A DNA stretch of 64,000 nt, taken from positions 70,601,018 to 70,665,017 of the forward strand of contig NC_057711.1 in the NCBI RefSeq assembly GCF_004010195.1. Reading direction: 5' to 3'. This document shows, piece by piece, positions 14,287 through 24,851 of the stretch. Every line of letters begins with the position of its first letter. Position 1 is the stretch's first letter. The translations under genes were made by a program, and so were the position numbers. The notes beneath the pieces are model-generated. The model saw nothing but the letters and a program-made list of their open reading frames with translations. It had not been told where the DNA came from and made no database searches. This stretch comes from Chiloscyllium plagiosum. Its lineage: Eukaryota.

Positions 14287-15278
14287 TTATGTAAGCCTCC
14301 TTCTTCCTCTTTACTAGATATTCAACCTCCCTCATCAACCAAGGTTCCCTCACACGACCATCTCTTTCCTGCCTGACAGGTACATACATATCAAGGACAT
14401 GTCGTATCTATTCCTTGAAAAAGTTCCACATTTCAATGACATCCTTTCCTGACATCCTATGCTCCCAACTTATGCTCCTCAGATCCTGTCTTGCAGCATT
14501 GTATTTACCCTTCCCCCAATTGTAAAACCTACCCTGTTCCATGCACCTATCTCTCTCCATAATCAAGGTGAAAGTCACAGAATTGTGGTCACCATCACCA
14601 AATGCTCACCCACTAACAAGCCCATCACTTGTCCTGGTTTGTTACCAAGTATCAAATCCAATATGGCCTCCCCTCTGGTTGGACAATCGACATACTGAGT
14701 TAGAAAAGCTTTCTGGACACACTGCACAAACACTGCCCCGTCTTGATCTAAAGAGCTTCCAATCAATATTTGGGAAGTTGAAATCGCCCATGACTACTAC
14801 CCTGTGGCTTCTGCACCTCTCCAAAATTTGTTTCTCCATATCCCTGCTGCTATTGGGGGGCCAAGAGTAAACACCCAACAAGGTGACTGCTCCTTTCCTA
14901 TTTCTGACTTCAGCCCATACTACCTCCAAAGGCAGATCCCCCTCGAACTGCCTTTCTGCAGCCATTATACCATTCTAATTAGCAACGCCACACCCCCTCC
15001 TTTTTTACCACCCTCCCTAATCTTACTGAAACATCTGTAACCAGGAACCTCCGACAACCATTTCTATCCTTCTTCTATCCACGTTTCCGTGATGGCCACA
15101 ACATCGTAGTCCCAAGTACCAATTCACACCTTAGGTTCACCCACCTTATTTCTGATACTCCTTGCGTTGAAGTATACACACTTGAACCCATCTCTGTGTC
15201 CGCAAGTATTCCCTGTCAGTGCTACATTCTCCACAGCCTCCCTACATTCTTGGACATCCTGAAAAACAGCTAACCTAC

Positions 15279-15515
15279 TTAGATTCGATTACATTACAGT
15301 GTGGAAACAGGCCCTTCAGCCCAACAAGTCCACACCGACCCGCCGAAGCACAACCCATCTAAACCCCTACATTTACCCCTTACCTAACACTACGGGCAAT
15401 TTAGCATGGCCAATTCACCTGACCTGCACATCTTTGGACTGTGGGAGGAAACCGGAGCACCCGGAGGAAACTCACGCAGACACTGGGAGAACGTGCAAAC
15501 TCCACACAGTCAGTC
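15279..15515 (-). mobile_element. HE1-type V-SINE nested in the CR1, cut by a gap
   Basis: V-domain (ctttggactgtgggaggaaaccggagcacccggaggaaa) plus CR1-derived tail. Confidence 0.88.
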
Positions 15516-15932
15516 NNNNNNNNNNNNNNNNNNNNNNNNNNNNNNNNNNNNNNNNNNNNNNNNNNNNNNNNNNNNNNNNNNNNNNNNNNNNNNNNNNNNN
15601 NNNNNNNNNNNNNNNNNNNNNNNNNNNNNNNNNNNNNNNNNNNNNNNNNNNNNNNNNNNNNNNNNNNNNNNNNNNNNNNNNNNNNNNNNNNNNNNNNNNN
15701 NNNNNNNNNNNNNNNNNNNNNNNNNNNNNNNNNNNNNNNNNNNNNNNNNNNNNNNNNNNNNNNNNNNNNNNNNNNNNNNNNNNNNNNNNNNNNNNNNNNN
15801 NNNNNNNNNNNNNNNNNNNNNNNNNNNNNNNNNNNNNNNNNNNNNNNNNNNNNNNNNNNNNNNNNNNNNNNNNNNNNNNNNNNNNNNNNNNNNNNNNNNN
15901 NNNNNNNNNNNNNNNNNNNNNNNNNNNNNNNN
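15516..15932. other. Assembly gap (N run)
   Basis: 417 N. Confidence 1.
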
Positions 15933-18239
15933 AGTCTCCTATAACTAGTGCTCTCCTCCTCTCCCCCTTTCCCTTCTGAGATTCAGAGCCGGACCTCGTG
16001 CCAGAGACCCGGTCACTGCAGCTTACCCTTGCTAGGCCGTCCCCCCCAACAGTATCCAAAGCGGTATACTTATTGTTGAGGGGAACGACCACAGGGGATC
16101 CCTGCACTGCCTGCTTCCTCCCCTTCCCACTTCTAACTGTTACCCAGCTACCTCTGTTCTCTGGCGTAACTATGTCCCTGTAGCTTCCATCTGTCACCCT
16201 CTCAGCCTCTCGAATAATTCTCAGTTCATGCAACTCCAGCTCTAGTTCCCTAATGCGGTCTGTGAGGAGCTGGAGCTGGCTGCACTTCCTGCAGATGAAG
16301 TCAGCAGGAGCATCAGTGGTCACCCCTACCTCAAACATCCTGCAGGAGGAGCATTCCACTGCCTGTGCTGCCATAACTCTATACTTAGTCTCCAAAACAA
16401 GAACACCATGTAGCTTACCTTTTATTTTTAGGTTAGATAAGGAGGGAGGGTGGGAGAAACTACACGTGTAGTGTCTCGGGTTCCTTCTCCACTCAAATAA
16501 CAATTACTTACCTTCCCGACCGGCTTTGCGTTCCGACTTCACTTCCGCCCAGCTGCCGCTGCTCTCTGCTGCAAAAAGCATTGATAAAAGGGATGTAGAA
16601 GGCCACTGCTGTGGAGATTATACAACTAGCTGGAAAATTTGAGGAATAAATGGATGATGGGAATGAGAATTGGTGACAAAGGAATTAGTCTGAACTGGAT
16701 TTTGAGCATTGGATTGACCTAGTGACATTCAAAGTGAAAGATAAGGGAGAAAATTTAACAGACACCAAAACAGCAGATATCACTAACATTTACCAATTAG
16801 CAGAGCCCTGAGCTGCAGTGCAAAATTCTTTGAAGATTCCAAACAAGTGGATTAAAGATTCTGGGACTCCTATCCTCAGTCCTAGATCTACTATCCCCAT
16901 GGACCTGGGAGAAGAGTGCAACCACCAGATGTGATTGGCTATATTGCAAGGGTAGCGCACCTGCCAAACTTGTGGAATTTGAGCATGTTTCTCAAGAATA
17001 CATTGCTCATGGTCATTCTGAGGAGCCATATGTTGGGACGTATTGATCACTGAAATCTATATTTGCAGATCTGCTTTTATACAACCTTAAAACATTTAGA
17101 GCCTCAAACTGAACAATTTTTAAACATGGAGTGCATAACACCATTAAATCTAATTAGCTCAAAATGATACTTTTCACTAAATGAAACTATCGCACAAAAT
17201 GCTGAGCATACACGATTTATCAGCATTAGGTAAAAGGAATCCTGGTTAATATTTCAGGTTTAGAGCTTTCCTCAAAAGACCTCTATATTTAAAGTATTTG
17301 TTGCTTAGATTTCAGGTTTTGAATATTGGCTTTTGAACAGAGGGGAAGCACTTAGTGCTGCAATGGGTTTGTGAGAAGTCACAACTGTGTAGTGCAGGAG
17401 CAAGGAGTCAATAAATCTGAACTGTACCAGCAACAGTTGAAATGCCTGCATTGGGCTTTGTGCCATCACTTAAAGTAGCTGGGAAATGTTACCATGTGAG
17501 TTGCAGTTTTCTTTTTAAAATAAAAATTTTATGATGTCTAAAAGCCACTCAGCTGTAGGTTTGATTTAAAATACTGCTTGGTGCCTTTACAAATCAACCA
17601 TACAGCTGTGCTTGGGCCTGTATATGGTTCGAAATATTGAAGCAATCATAATTTGATGACAAGGAATGTAACTTCACAAATCGGTGAGACCAAAATATAG
17701 GCTGTCATAAAAACTTCACCACTAAAAGTATAGTCTAATCACACTAAATTATTAGTGATGGGAATTGCTAATGATTGTACCCGAGTTAAGTGTATGCTGT
17801 GCAATTTCCATTAACCCCCCCACTCCATGTACAGAGTAAGTACTGCTCATTGCTGCAGTAGTCTTTGAAGTGTGGCTTCTTCCTCCTCACTTCCCACTGT
17901 CTTGATTCAGTTGCCATAGAGTATGGAGCCATGCAATATGGATGCAGAGCTTGATTTAATGCTGCAGACACATAATCTGGCTCACTGGTGCCAGCTGCTC
18001 CTGTAAGTCAGTAAAATCACACTGCCTGCTTTCTATTAATGTGCCAGTAGAGCCTGGGAATGTCATGGTGGAACTTCAGCTCTCTCATTACCCAACTGAT
18101 TCAAGATTAGATGACAATTTTACATGCTTTTTTTCTCTCTGTTGGAGCAGGGGAACATTGGAAGTGAAGGAATAGTGGACCAGGGAGTCCTGGAGGGAAC
18201 GAACCCTGCGGAAGTCAGACAAGGGAAGGGAGGGGAAGG

Positions 18240-18582
18240 TCCAGATGGGCCAATGGGCTGAGAAGTGGCAGATGGAGTTGGGGTCGGGAAGTCCAGAACT
18301 AAAGAGCATAGGTTTCGGGTGAGAGGGGAAAGATATAAAAGAGACCTATGGTGCAACGTTTTCACAATGATGGTGGTATGTCTAAGGAATGATCTGCCAG
18401 AGGAAGTGGTGGAGGCTGGTACAATTGCAACATTGAAGAGGCATTTGGATGGGTGTATGAGTAGGAAGGGTCTGGAGGGATATGGGCCAGGTACTGGCAG
18501 GTGGGTCTTGATTGGGTTGGGATATCTGGTCGGCATGGAAGGGTCTGTTTCCATGCTGTACATCTCTATGACTCTATGACTA
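18240..18582 (+). mobile_element. CR1-like LINE 3' fragment inserted in the PLE
   Basis: RFRVRGERYKRDL...LPEEVVEAGTI and ctatgact tail; same subfamily as 50160-52012. Confidence 0.88.
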
Positions 18583-19013
18583 TGTATCTGATTGTGGCAT
18601 CTTGCTGGACGTGGCGGAAATGGCGGCTAACGATCTTCTGGATGTGGATGCTGGTGGGATGGTGGTTAAGGACAAAGGGAACCCTATCACTGTTGTGGGA
18701 GGGAAGAGAGGGGGTGGGGGCAGATGTGCGGGTGATGTAACTGACCCGTTTGAGTGCCCAGTCAACAACGGTGCTGGGGAATCCTCAGTTGAGGAAGAGG
18801 TTGGACATTTCAGAGGCTCCCTTGTCGAAGATGTCCTCATTGGACCATATGTGACGGAGACCGAGGAACTGGTAGAATGGATTGGAGTCTTTACAGGAAG
18901 TAGGGCGCAAGGATGTGTAGGGAGAAAGTGAGGTCTGCAGATGCTGGAGATCAAAGTTGAAACTTTATTGCTGGAACAGCACAGCAGGTCAGGCAGCATC
19001 CAGGGTACAGGAG

Positions 19014-19049
19014 ATTCGACGTTTCGGGCACAGGCCCTTCTTCAGGAAT
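19014..19049 (-). ncRNA. Minimal type I hammerhead ribozyme motif (mirror copy)
   Basis: Exact reverse complement of 19062-19097. Confidence 0.8.
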
Positions 19050-19061
19050 GGCCTGAATGGC

Positions 19062-19097
19062 ATTCCTGAAGAAGGGCCTGTGCCCGAAACGTCGAAT
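19062..19097 (+). ncRNA. Minimal type I hammerhead ribozyme motif
   Basis: ATTC-CTGAAGA-A-GGGC(CTGT)GCCC-GAAA-C-GTC-GAAT: CUGANGA and GAAA cores, stem II, stem I ATTC/GAAT, palindromic ACGT in place of stem III, GUC cleavage triplet ending at 19093. Confidence 0.8.
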
Positions 19098-19482
19098 CTC
19101 CTGTACCCTGGATGCTGCCTGACCTGCTGTGCTGTTCCAGCAATAAAGTTTCAGCAAGGATGTGTAACCCAGGTAGCTATGGGAGTTGGTTGGTTTATAG
19201 TGGATTTTAGTAGCCAGCCTGTCCCCAGAAATGGAAACAGATGTCAAGGAAAGGCATATAAAGGGGCATATAAACAAACATTTTTCTAGCTACCACCAGT
19301 TCTGAGGAAGATGCTGCCAGACCTGCTGAGCTTTTACAGCAACTTATATTTATGCTTCTGATTTACAGCATCTGCAGTTCTTTCTATTTTTGTTTGTCTT
19401 CTGTCTATCTCTATGTGTACGTGTACAATACAGCGATACATATATTTGGGCTTTTCAGTTGTGAAGTTTGGACGCATGACCA

Positions 19483-19825
19483 CACGGTGTGGAAGCAGAC
19501 CATTTAGCCCATTGAGACCTCACTGACTGTACAAAGAGCATCCCATCTAGATCCACCCCATTAAGCTATCTCTGTGACCCTGCATTTCCCATGGCAAATC
19601 CACCTTGCCAGCATATCGCTGGGCATTATGGACAATTTTGCATGGCTAATCCATCTAACCTGCACATCTTTAGACTGTGGGAGGAAACCAGAGCACCCGG
19701 AGGAAACCTACACAGACACTTGGAGAGTATGCAAACTCCATATGGGCAGCCGCCTGAGGGTGAATTGAGTCCAGTTTTCTAGCGCTGTGAGACAGCAGTG
19801 CTAACCACTGAGCAACCATGCTGCC
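19483..19825 (-). mobile_element. HE1-type V-SINE
   Basis: tRNA-like head (ggcagcatggttgctcagtggttagcactgc on -), V-domain and CR1 tail. Confidence 0.88.
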
Positions 19826-20261
19826 AGTTGGTGAGATACATTTGTTTGAATTTGAAAATTGTCTGTTTTTCTGCAAAATCTGCTGCACATTGTTTGATGA
19901 GAGACACTCTGTATAATCAGTACAGCTTTTGTTTGTGTATTCTTGCATATAAAACCTGTCAACAGGCCAACTCACTTAAGATTCAGCAGTTAAGATAAAA
20001 GCATAATTTCTCCCATACCAGAGCAGAAGTTATTCTTTCATAGTTTGCTAGTACCTGACTGATGTTTAAGCATGCGAATATTGTTCTAAAAGCCTCTCTT
20101 CCTTTGACCCAGAGATCAAAGGAAATTGTTGACACTGTTGTATTAGCTACTTTTCTGTTTAGCTTGAAATTGTGAACAAATTGCTTATCACTCTGATATT
20201 GCCTATGGATGGCAAGCTCAATTCAGATCTGTCCAATATGCATATTAAAATTACTGTTTAA

Positions 20262-20352
20262 ATTAGAGTGGTGCTGGAAAAGCACAGCAGGTCAGGCAGC
20301 ATCCGAGGAGCAGGAAAATCGACGTTTCGGGCAAAAGCCCAACTTTTCAGGC
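20262..20352 (-). mobile_element. Short PLE 3'-end insertion truncated within the hammerhead
   Basis: gctggaaaagcacagcaggtcaggcagcatcc...gacgtttcgggcaaaagccc. Flanking repeat aaattactgYtYaa at 20248-20261 and 20353-20366. Confidence 0.75.
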
Positions 20353-20795
20353 AAATTACTGCTCAAGTAGCAGCATTGATGAATGGTCAGTTCTGTACTG
20401 TGGCATTGATTTATTACGCTCATTCAGTGACTTATGAGGGACTGACTGATGGTCACCTCCATCATAAAATATTGGGCTGAGAATTCATGTAACGGTTCAT
20501 ATGAATTAGAAATTCCCCTGTAAGTTTAAACTTGCACATTGTGTTCCTGGGAAAGTGAGAAGAATGACATAGCACCCTTAAAAGAATTTCTGGGGCTGTG
20601 TAAACAGGACTGGCTCGTGAACCAAAAAGACGAATGATGTGTGAAATAAACAGTGCAAGGTATGTAGTAAGTGAGAATAGTGAATACAATGTTAATCACT
20701 TTCCAAAAGAGAAATAAAGAGAAAACGAGAGAAAGAAAAATAGGGTTGAGAGGTACAAAAGCAGTTTCTTTTAATATATCCTAACAATAATAAAA

Positions 20796-20924
20796 AATGC
20801 TAAACTAAAACAAAAGAGCTGCAGATGCTGGAAATCTGAAACATAAACAGAAATTGTTGGAGAAACTCAGCAACTGTGGAGAGAAAGCAGAGCTAACTAT
20901 TTGAATCCAATTATCCTTCTTCAG
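20796..20924 (-). mobile_element. Older PLE-type 3'-end insertion with a decayed hammerhead
   Basis: ctgcagatgctggaaatctgaaa...; minus strand begins attCTGAAGAagg. Flanking aataataaaa at 20786-20795 and 20925-20934. Confidence 0.55.
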
Positions 20925-21275
20925 AATAATAAAAGATCATTTGTTAAAGATGCTTTGAAAATAGATTTGTTGGTTTGCGTGTTTATCATACGTCTGTGTT
21001 CAGCAAGTCTTTATTTGAAGTATCTATAATTGTTTTTTGAATTCATGTTTTTCAAGCTTGTCAGACAGGTTCAGTACAAAAGACTTGGCACCACATGTAT
21101 TCTCACATGATTGTTATCATGCACACTCCAGAAACTTATCAACCTCACCACCTACGTACTAAAGATTGTCATGGTAATTGTGAGCCAGGGGTTGTTCGCC
21201 TTGTTCTCTCCATCAAGAAATTCATCAAGCACATTTTTAGAGGTATGATAGAACTGAATTAAATAACTTGGTTAT

Positions 21276-22122
21276 TATAGTGATTGGAACCAGGTGGACC
21301 TCATTGACTTGAGATCCTTGATTAGTCTAAGTTAGCAACCCTAATCAGGGTGCACTGGCTGACAAATATTTAGAGGAGATTAGAAACTCCTAAGTTCAGC
21401 TGACTAGCTCCCAGCTGGGTGGCCACAGCTAGTGTACTGTGCACAAATAAAGGCTGACTTGGCAACGCGATAGCAGCCTCTATACCATTACCACTGGAAG
21501 AAGAGAAGGAAACTCTCCCGAGACGTTGTGGGCGCAAGAGACAGGCTGTGGTCCAGTACACATGACCCATGTCAGAGACCGAATCAGAGAAACTGGACTA
21601 ATCCTGGGGGCGAAAACACCACAGGAAAAGCTACAAGAGAAAGACGAGGTCTACATCCCTGGACTAATTGGGAGAGGGATGGAGTGATTGGAACAAAGTG
21701 AACCACGTTGACTACAAGGTCCTTGATTAGGGTTGTTAACCTAGGCCAATCAGGAGGCGCTGGATGACCAATATTAACGGGGGATATTGCCCTGACCAGG
21801 ATCTGCTTGTCACTGGTTCTTTGGTCACATGGGTGTTTTTTAGGTGGAATATTAATAAAGTTATTTACACACCTGGTGTTTTTTTACTGTATCTTGCACC
21901 TAAGCGCGTGCACACACACACACACACACACGGGTGCTGAGAAAAATAAGCACTATTCCTATAGGGCAGGGGTGCAAAAAGAAAACATTAACAGGGGATT
22001 TAGAATCTCCTCAGTAAGGGGACTGACTTCAACTGGCTGGCCGGCCACGGCCAGAGCACTGTGCACAAATAAGTAAAGCGTAACTTGGTGATGGAATACT
22101 TGCCTCTCCGGATTTTGTTTCA
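21276..22122 (+). mobile_element. TRIM-like or internally deleted LTR retroelement
   Basis: Two diverged LTRs (21276-21493; 21680-22122, interrupted) sharing gtgattggaac...ccttgattag...ctgtgcacaaataa...acttgg. Purine tract gggagaggga before LTR2; TG...CA ends on LTR2; flanks gttat/cttat. Confidence 0.7.
21786..21986 (+). mobile_element. Unclassified 200-bp insertion in LTR2 containing a (CA)n tract
   Basis: Flanking repeat attaacRggggat at 21773-21785 and 21987-21999; AATAAA; (CA)10 at 21911-21930. Confidence 0.6.
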
Positions 22123-22779
22123 CTTATATTGAAGTTTTATGCTCTTCAAGATAAAGTCAGCCAGTGTGTTCTCATACACATGTTGCTGCTGAGTACTTCA
22201 CTTTCAGGTATTCTATGGGCGAGATGCAGAGTAAAAGCCCCTTTTAATCAAATCTTTCAAAGGAAGTAATCTTTGCACAACCTGCATTTTTCTAATTGAT
22301 ATGCTTGTTACTTTTACTGTAAATGTGTAGGTTGGATTATGTTGAATTACGGTCTTGGTGGATTTCCACCCCAGTGAAAGGGATTGAGTTGCCACAGCAA
22401 TTTCACATACAACACTTTAGGCTGATAGAGCAGAGCTTTAATTTTATTATTCTAGATTAGTTTGCAATCCAGGTCTAAAGGTCAAAAACTAATCCACTGT
22501 GACATTCAATTATCCTGTAATTTATATTTACAATTCCATTCTTCCTTGGGCAAACATTTGAAAGCTGTTGTTTAACCTGTCCTCTTAGAGCAAGGAAATT
22601 GGTATGTTTTATGTCAAAAAATTGAATGTTGAGGTATGAGAGGTCATAAAATTTTTCATGTATTAAAATGGAAACTTTTAGAAATTTAGATATTTTAATT
22701 TGTAATCTAAAATTACAGTAAGAATTGAATTTTGTAATAAAATGTAGGTGTAATGCTTTTTTTTTGCCTTTATTTACAG

Positions 22780-22928
22780 ATGGAATTCCTCAGGTGTATT
22801 ACTTTGGTCCATGTGGAAAATACAATGCTATGGTGCTTGAATTACTGGGACCTAGCTTGGAAGATTTATTTGACCTTTGTGACAGAACCTTCACCCTTAA
22901 GACAGTGCTTATGATAGCTATACAGCTA
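22780..22928 (+). CDS. CSNK1G3: Casein kinase 1 gamma, internal coding exon (149 bp): (D)[49 protein letters not shown]
   Basis: Translation matches the CK1-gamma kinase domain, including the CK1 signature [10 protein letters not shown]. Acceptor ttttttgcctttatttacag| ends at 22779; donor CTA|gtaagt starts at 22929. Family certain; paralog call rests on DGIPQ and the following [12 protein letters not shown]. Confidence 0.93.
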
Positions 22929-23049
22929 GTAAGTATTCCAATTCTCAACTTTCAGTGAAAAAGACCAGATTATTCTATTATCAGTAAACTTTGAGTTTTC
23001 ATATTTGATTAAAAATGTGCTTCTAAAGGTTTGGTTTTAGAACTTGGGA

Positions 23050-24290
23050 ATGTAGGACTTAGAGCAGGAGTAGCCATTTGGCCCTTCGATCTGCTTTAAT
23101 ATTCAATGATATTGTGATTGATCTGGCTGTGGCCTGAATTCAACTGTTTATGTTTACCACCCATAACCCTTGATTCCATTGCCTACCAAAAATCTAGCTA
23201 ACTCTGTCTTGAATAAGTTCACTGGTTCATCTTAGATGAACTACTTTTTGAGAAACAGAATTCCACAGGCTCGTGATTCTTGGAGAAAAATCAAATCTTG
23301 ATATCCCTGGCTTAAAAGGGAGATCTGTAATTCTTAAACTGTGTTCCTAGATTCTACTCTGTCTAACAAGGGCAGATATCCTTTTAACCTCCATCCTATC
23401 AATCCCTCAGGATTTTTTTTGTTTTGATTAGATTATCCCTCATCCTTCTGAACTTTAGATAAGTATTGATCCAATCTGTCCAATATTTTCTCATATGATA
23501 AGCACTTCATCTCCAGAGGTTCTCTGAGCTGCTTCTGATGCAATTGTATGTATTTTTTCAAATGCGGTGAAACAAAGTACTGTGCATGTAGGCTAACCAA
23601 AGCCCTGAAAACTTTCCTACTTTTATATTCCATTCCCTTTGCAATAAATGTTCACATTCCACTTGCTTTCTGAATCACTTGCAGTAACTACATACTAAGT
23701 TTTTGAGTCATGTACTAATACACCATTCTGTACTGCCAAGTTCTGCGAATTGTTTCAATTTAAATAGAAATAATTTTGATTACTTCCTGGTTCATATTTT
23801 CCCATATTATGTTCTATTTACCAAGTTTTTGCCCTATCCACCTCCACTTGATAAATTACTTTAGTTTCCCGCCTATTATGGAGTCATCAGCAAATTTAGA
23901 TTCCATACCTTTGGTCCCTTCATCCAGCTTATTAATGTTGAGGCCACAACACTGATTTATGTTCACTAGTTATGGTTTGCCAACCCAAAAAAAAATCAAT
24001 GTATTCATTTGGCCCCCTTGGAGCCTGCTCTGCCACTCATTACATTCATGGCTGTTCATCAACTCAGTAGCCTGTTCCTGCTTTTCCTCCATATCCTTTT
24101 GGTATCCTTGGTTCCTTACCATATGCCTTTTTGAAATTCAAGTGCACTGCATCCACAGGTTGTGTATCCATCTTACTTTGTCAAAAAACACCAATAGATT
24201 AGTTACCATAAACACCTTTTATGACACCATGTTGTTTATGCCCGAGCCCATTTATAATTTTCTAAGTATCCTGCTATAACCTCATTAATG
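23050..24290 (-). mobile_element. Degenerate CR1-like LINE fragment
   Basis: agcaggagtagccatttggccc tail; MEYKSRKV..; gtcatcagcaaattt (KFADD on -). Confidence 0.75.
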
Positions 24291-24319
24291 GATTTGCAAT
24301 TTACTTATGATTGATATGC

Positions 24320-24508
24320 TTGGAGATGCCAGTGTTGGACTGGGGTGGACAAAGTTAAAAAAAATCACACAACACCAGGTTATAGTCCACCAGGTTTACT
24401 TGGAAGCACACTAGCTTTTGGAGCGCTGCTCCTTTGTCAGGTGGTCTGAAAGCCAGGGCTTCCAAATAAACCTGCTGGACTATAACCTGGTGTTGTGCGA
24501 TTCTAAAC
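24320..24508. mobile_element. Palindromic PLE-type short insertion, second family, with a decayed hammerhead
   Basis: Imperfect inverted arms ~24352-24407 and ~24458-24510. Minus strand reads CAC-CTGACAA-A-GGAG(CAGCG)CTCC-AAAA-GCTA-GTG. Flanking acttatRattgatRt at 24303-24317 and 24507-24521. Confidence 0.75.
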
Positions 24509-24699
24509 TTATAATTGATGTTCGGCTCACTAGCGTATAGTTGCCAAGTTCTGTCTTCCTTCGTTCTTGAATGAAGGGGTTACTTTAGGCATTTTGTGTT
24601 GTTTTAAAGTGCAGACTAAATCTCAAAGGTTAAATTCTGGTAATTCTCTGTGATATTGCAGCCTGTGGCTATCTTGCATCAGTAGCATTTCCCGCAGTC

Positions 24700-24851
24700 A
24701 TGTTCTCGAGTACAGTTGCAATCTTCCTGACTTCAAGGTTGGTTTTCAATATCAATTGAGAGATTCAAAAAGAGCTGATAATATCCAGCTGGGAAAAATA
24801 ATGTGAAGCTGGAATATAGTATTACCCTAAATATTCATTGAATCTTGGCAA
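24700..24851 (+). repeat. Direct repeat, copy 1 (copy 2 at 26397-26564)
   Basis: atgttctNgagtacagttgcaatcttcctg...tagtattaccctaaatattcattgaatcttggcaa occurs twice. Confidence 0.9.

Larger units (their letters stand above)
12648..16575 (-). mobile_element. Near full-length CR1-like LINE (ORF1 and ORF2), with two assembly gaps and a nested SINE
   Basis: ORF1 (~15933-16374): CxxC..CxxC, coiled coil, NNKYTAL, then ALVIGD (start of an SGNH esterase). APE endonuclease VVMGDFNFPNIDW at 14400-15200. RT C-terminus PHLEYCVQFW..VQRRFTRML at 12767-13366. Short-repeat tail near 12648-12670. Confidence 0.93.
18920..19153. mobile_element. Palindromic PLE-derived short insertion with a 13-bp TSD
   Basis: Perfect inverted arms 18958-19050 and 19061-19153 with a 10-nt spacer. 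TSD GCAAGGATGTGTA at 18907-18919 and 19154-19166. Confidence 0.92.
18120..19250 (-). mobile_element. Penelope-like element RT/linker remnant, interrupted by two younger insertions
   Basis: Minus-strand pieces SISGDRLATKIHYKPTNSHSYLGY | SCKDSNPFYQFLGLRHI...NRGFP-like...DRVPLVL | FPSLPLSDFRRVRSLQDSLVH match PLE RT C-terminal motifs. Confidence 0.85.

Noticed and set aside
12767..16503. Long ORFs of 540, 341, 343, 226, 180 and 167 aa in the ORF track
   Set aside because: They are inflated by N runs. The real parts are CR1 or SINE sequence.
18920..19153. Interpretation as a DNA-transposon MITE or a miRNA precursor
   Set aside because: The inverted arms are not terminal (38 extra nt on one side), the TSD is 13 bp, and the same sequence follows a GIY-YIG ORF at 61697-62192, all pointing to a PLE origin.
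18951..19289. Two overlapping antisense ORFs sharing the same peptide (KLYCWNSTAGQAASR...)
   Set aside because: A consequence of the perfect palindrome, not a protein-coding gene.
1..22779. Preceding CK1-gamma exon (EPxKSRAPQLHLEYRFYKQL...)
   Set aside because: Not found by eye; probably upstream of the window.
22725..22958. ORF-track boundaries for the kinase (also 32100-32333)
   Set aside because: The ORFs run into introns; the true limits are set by the splice sites given in features.
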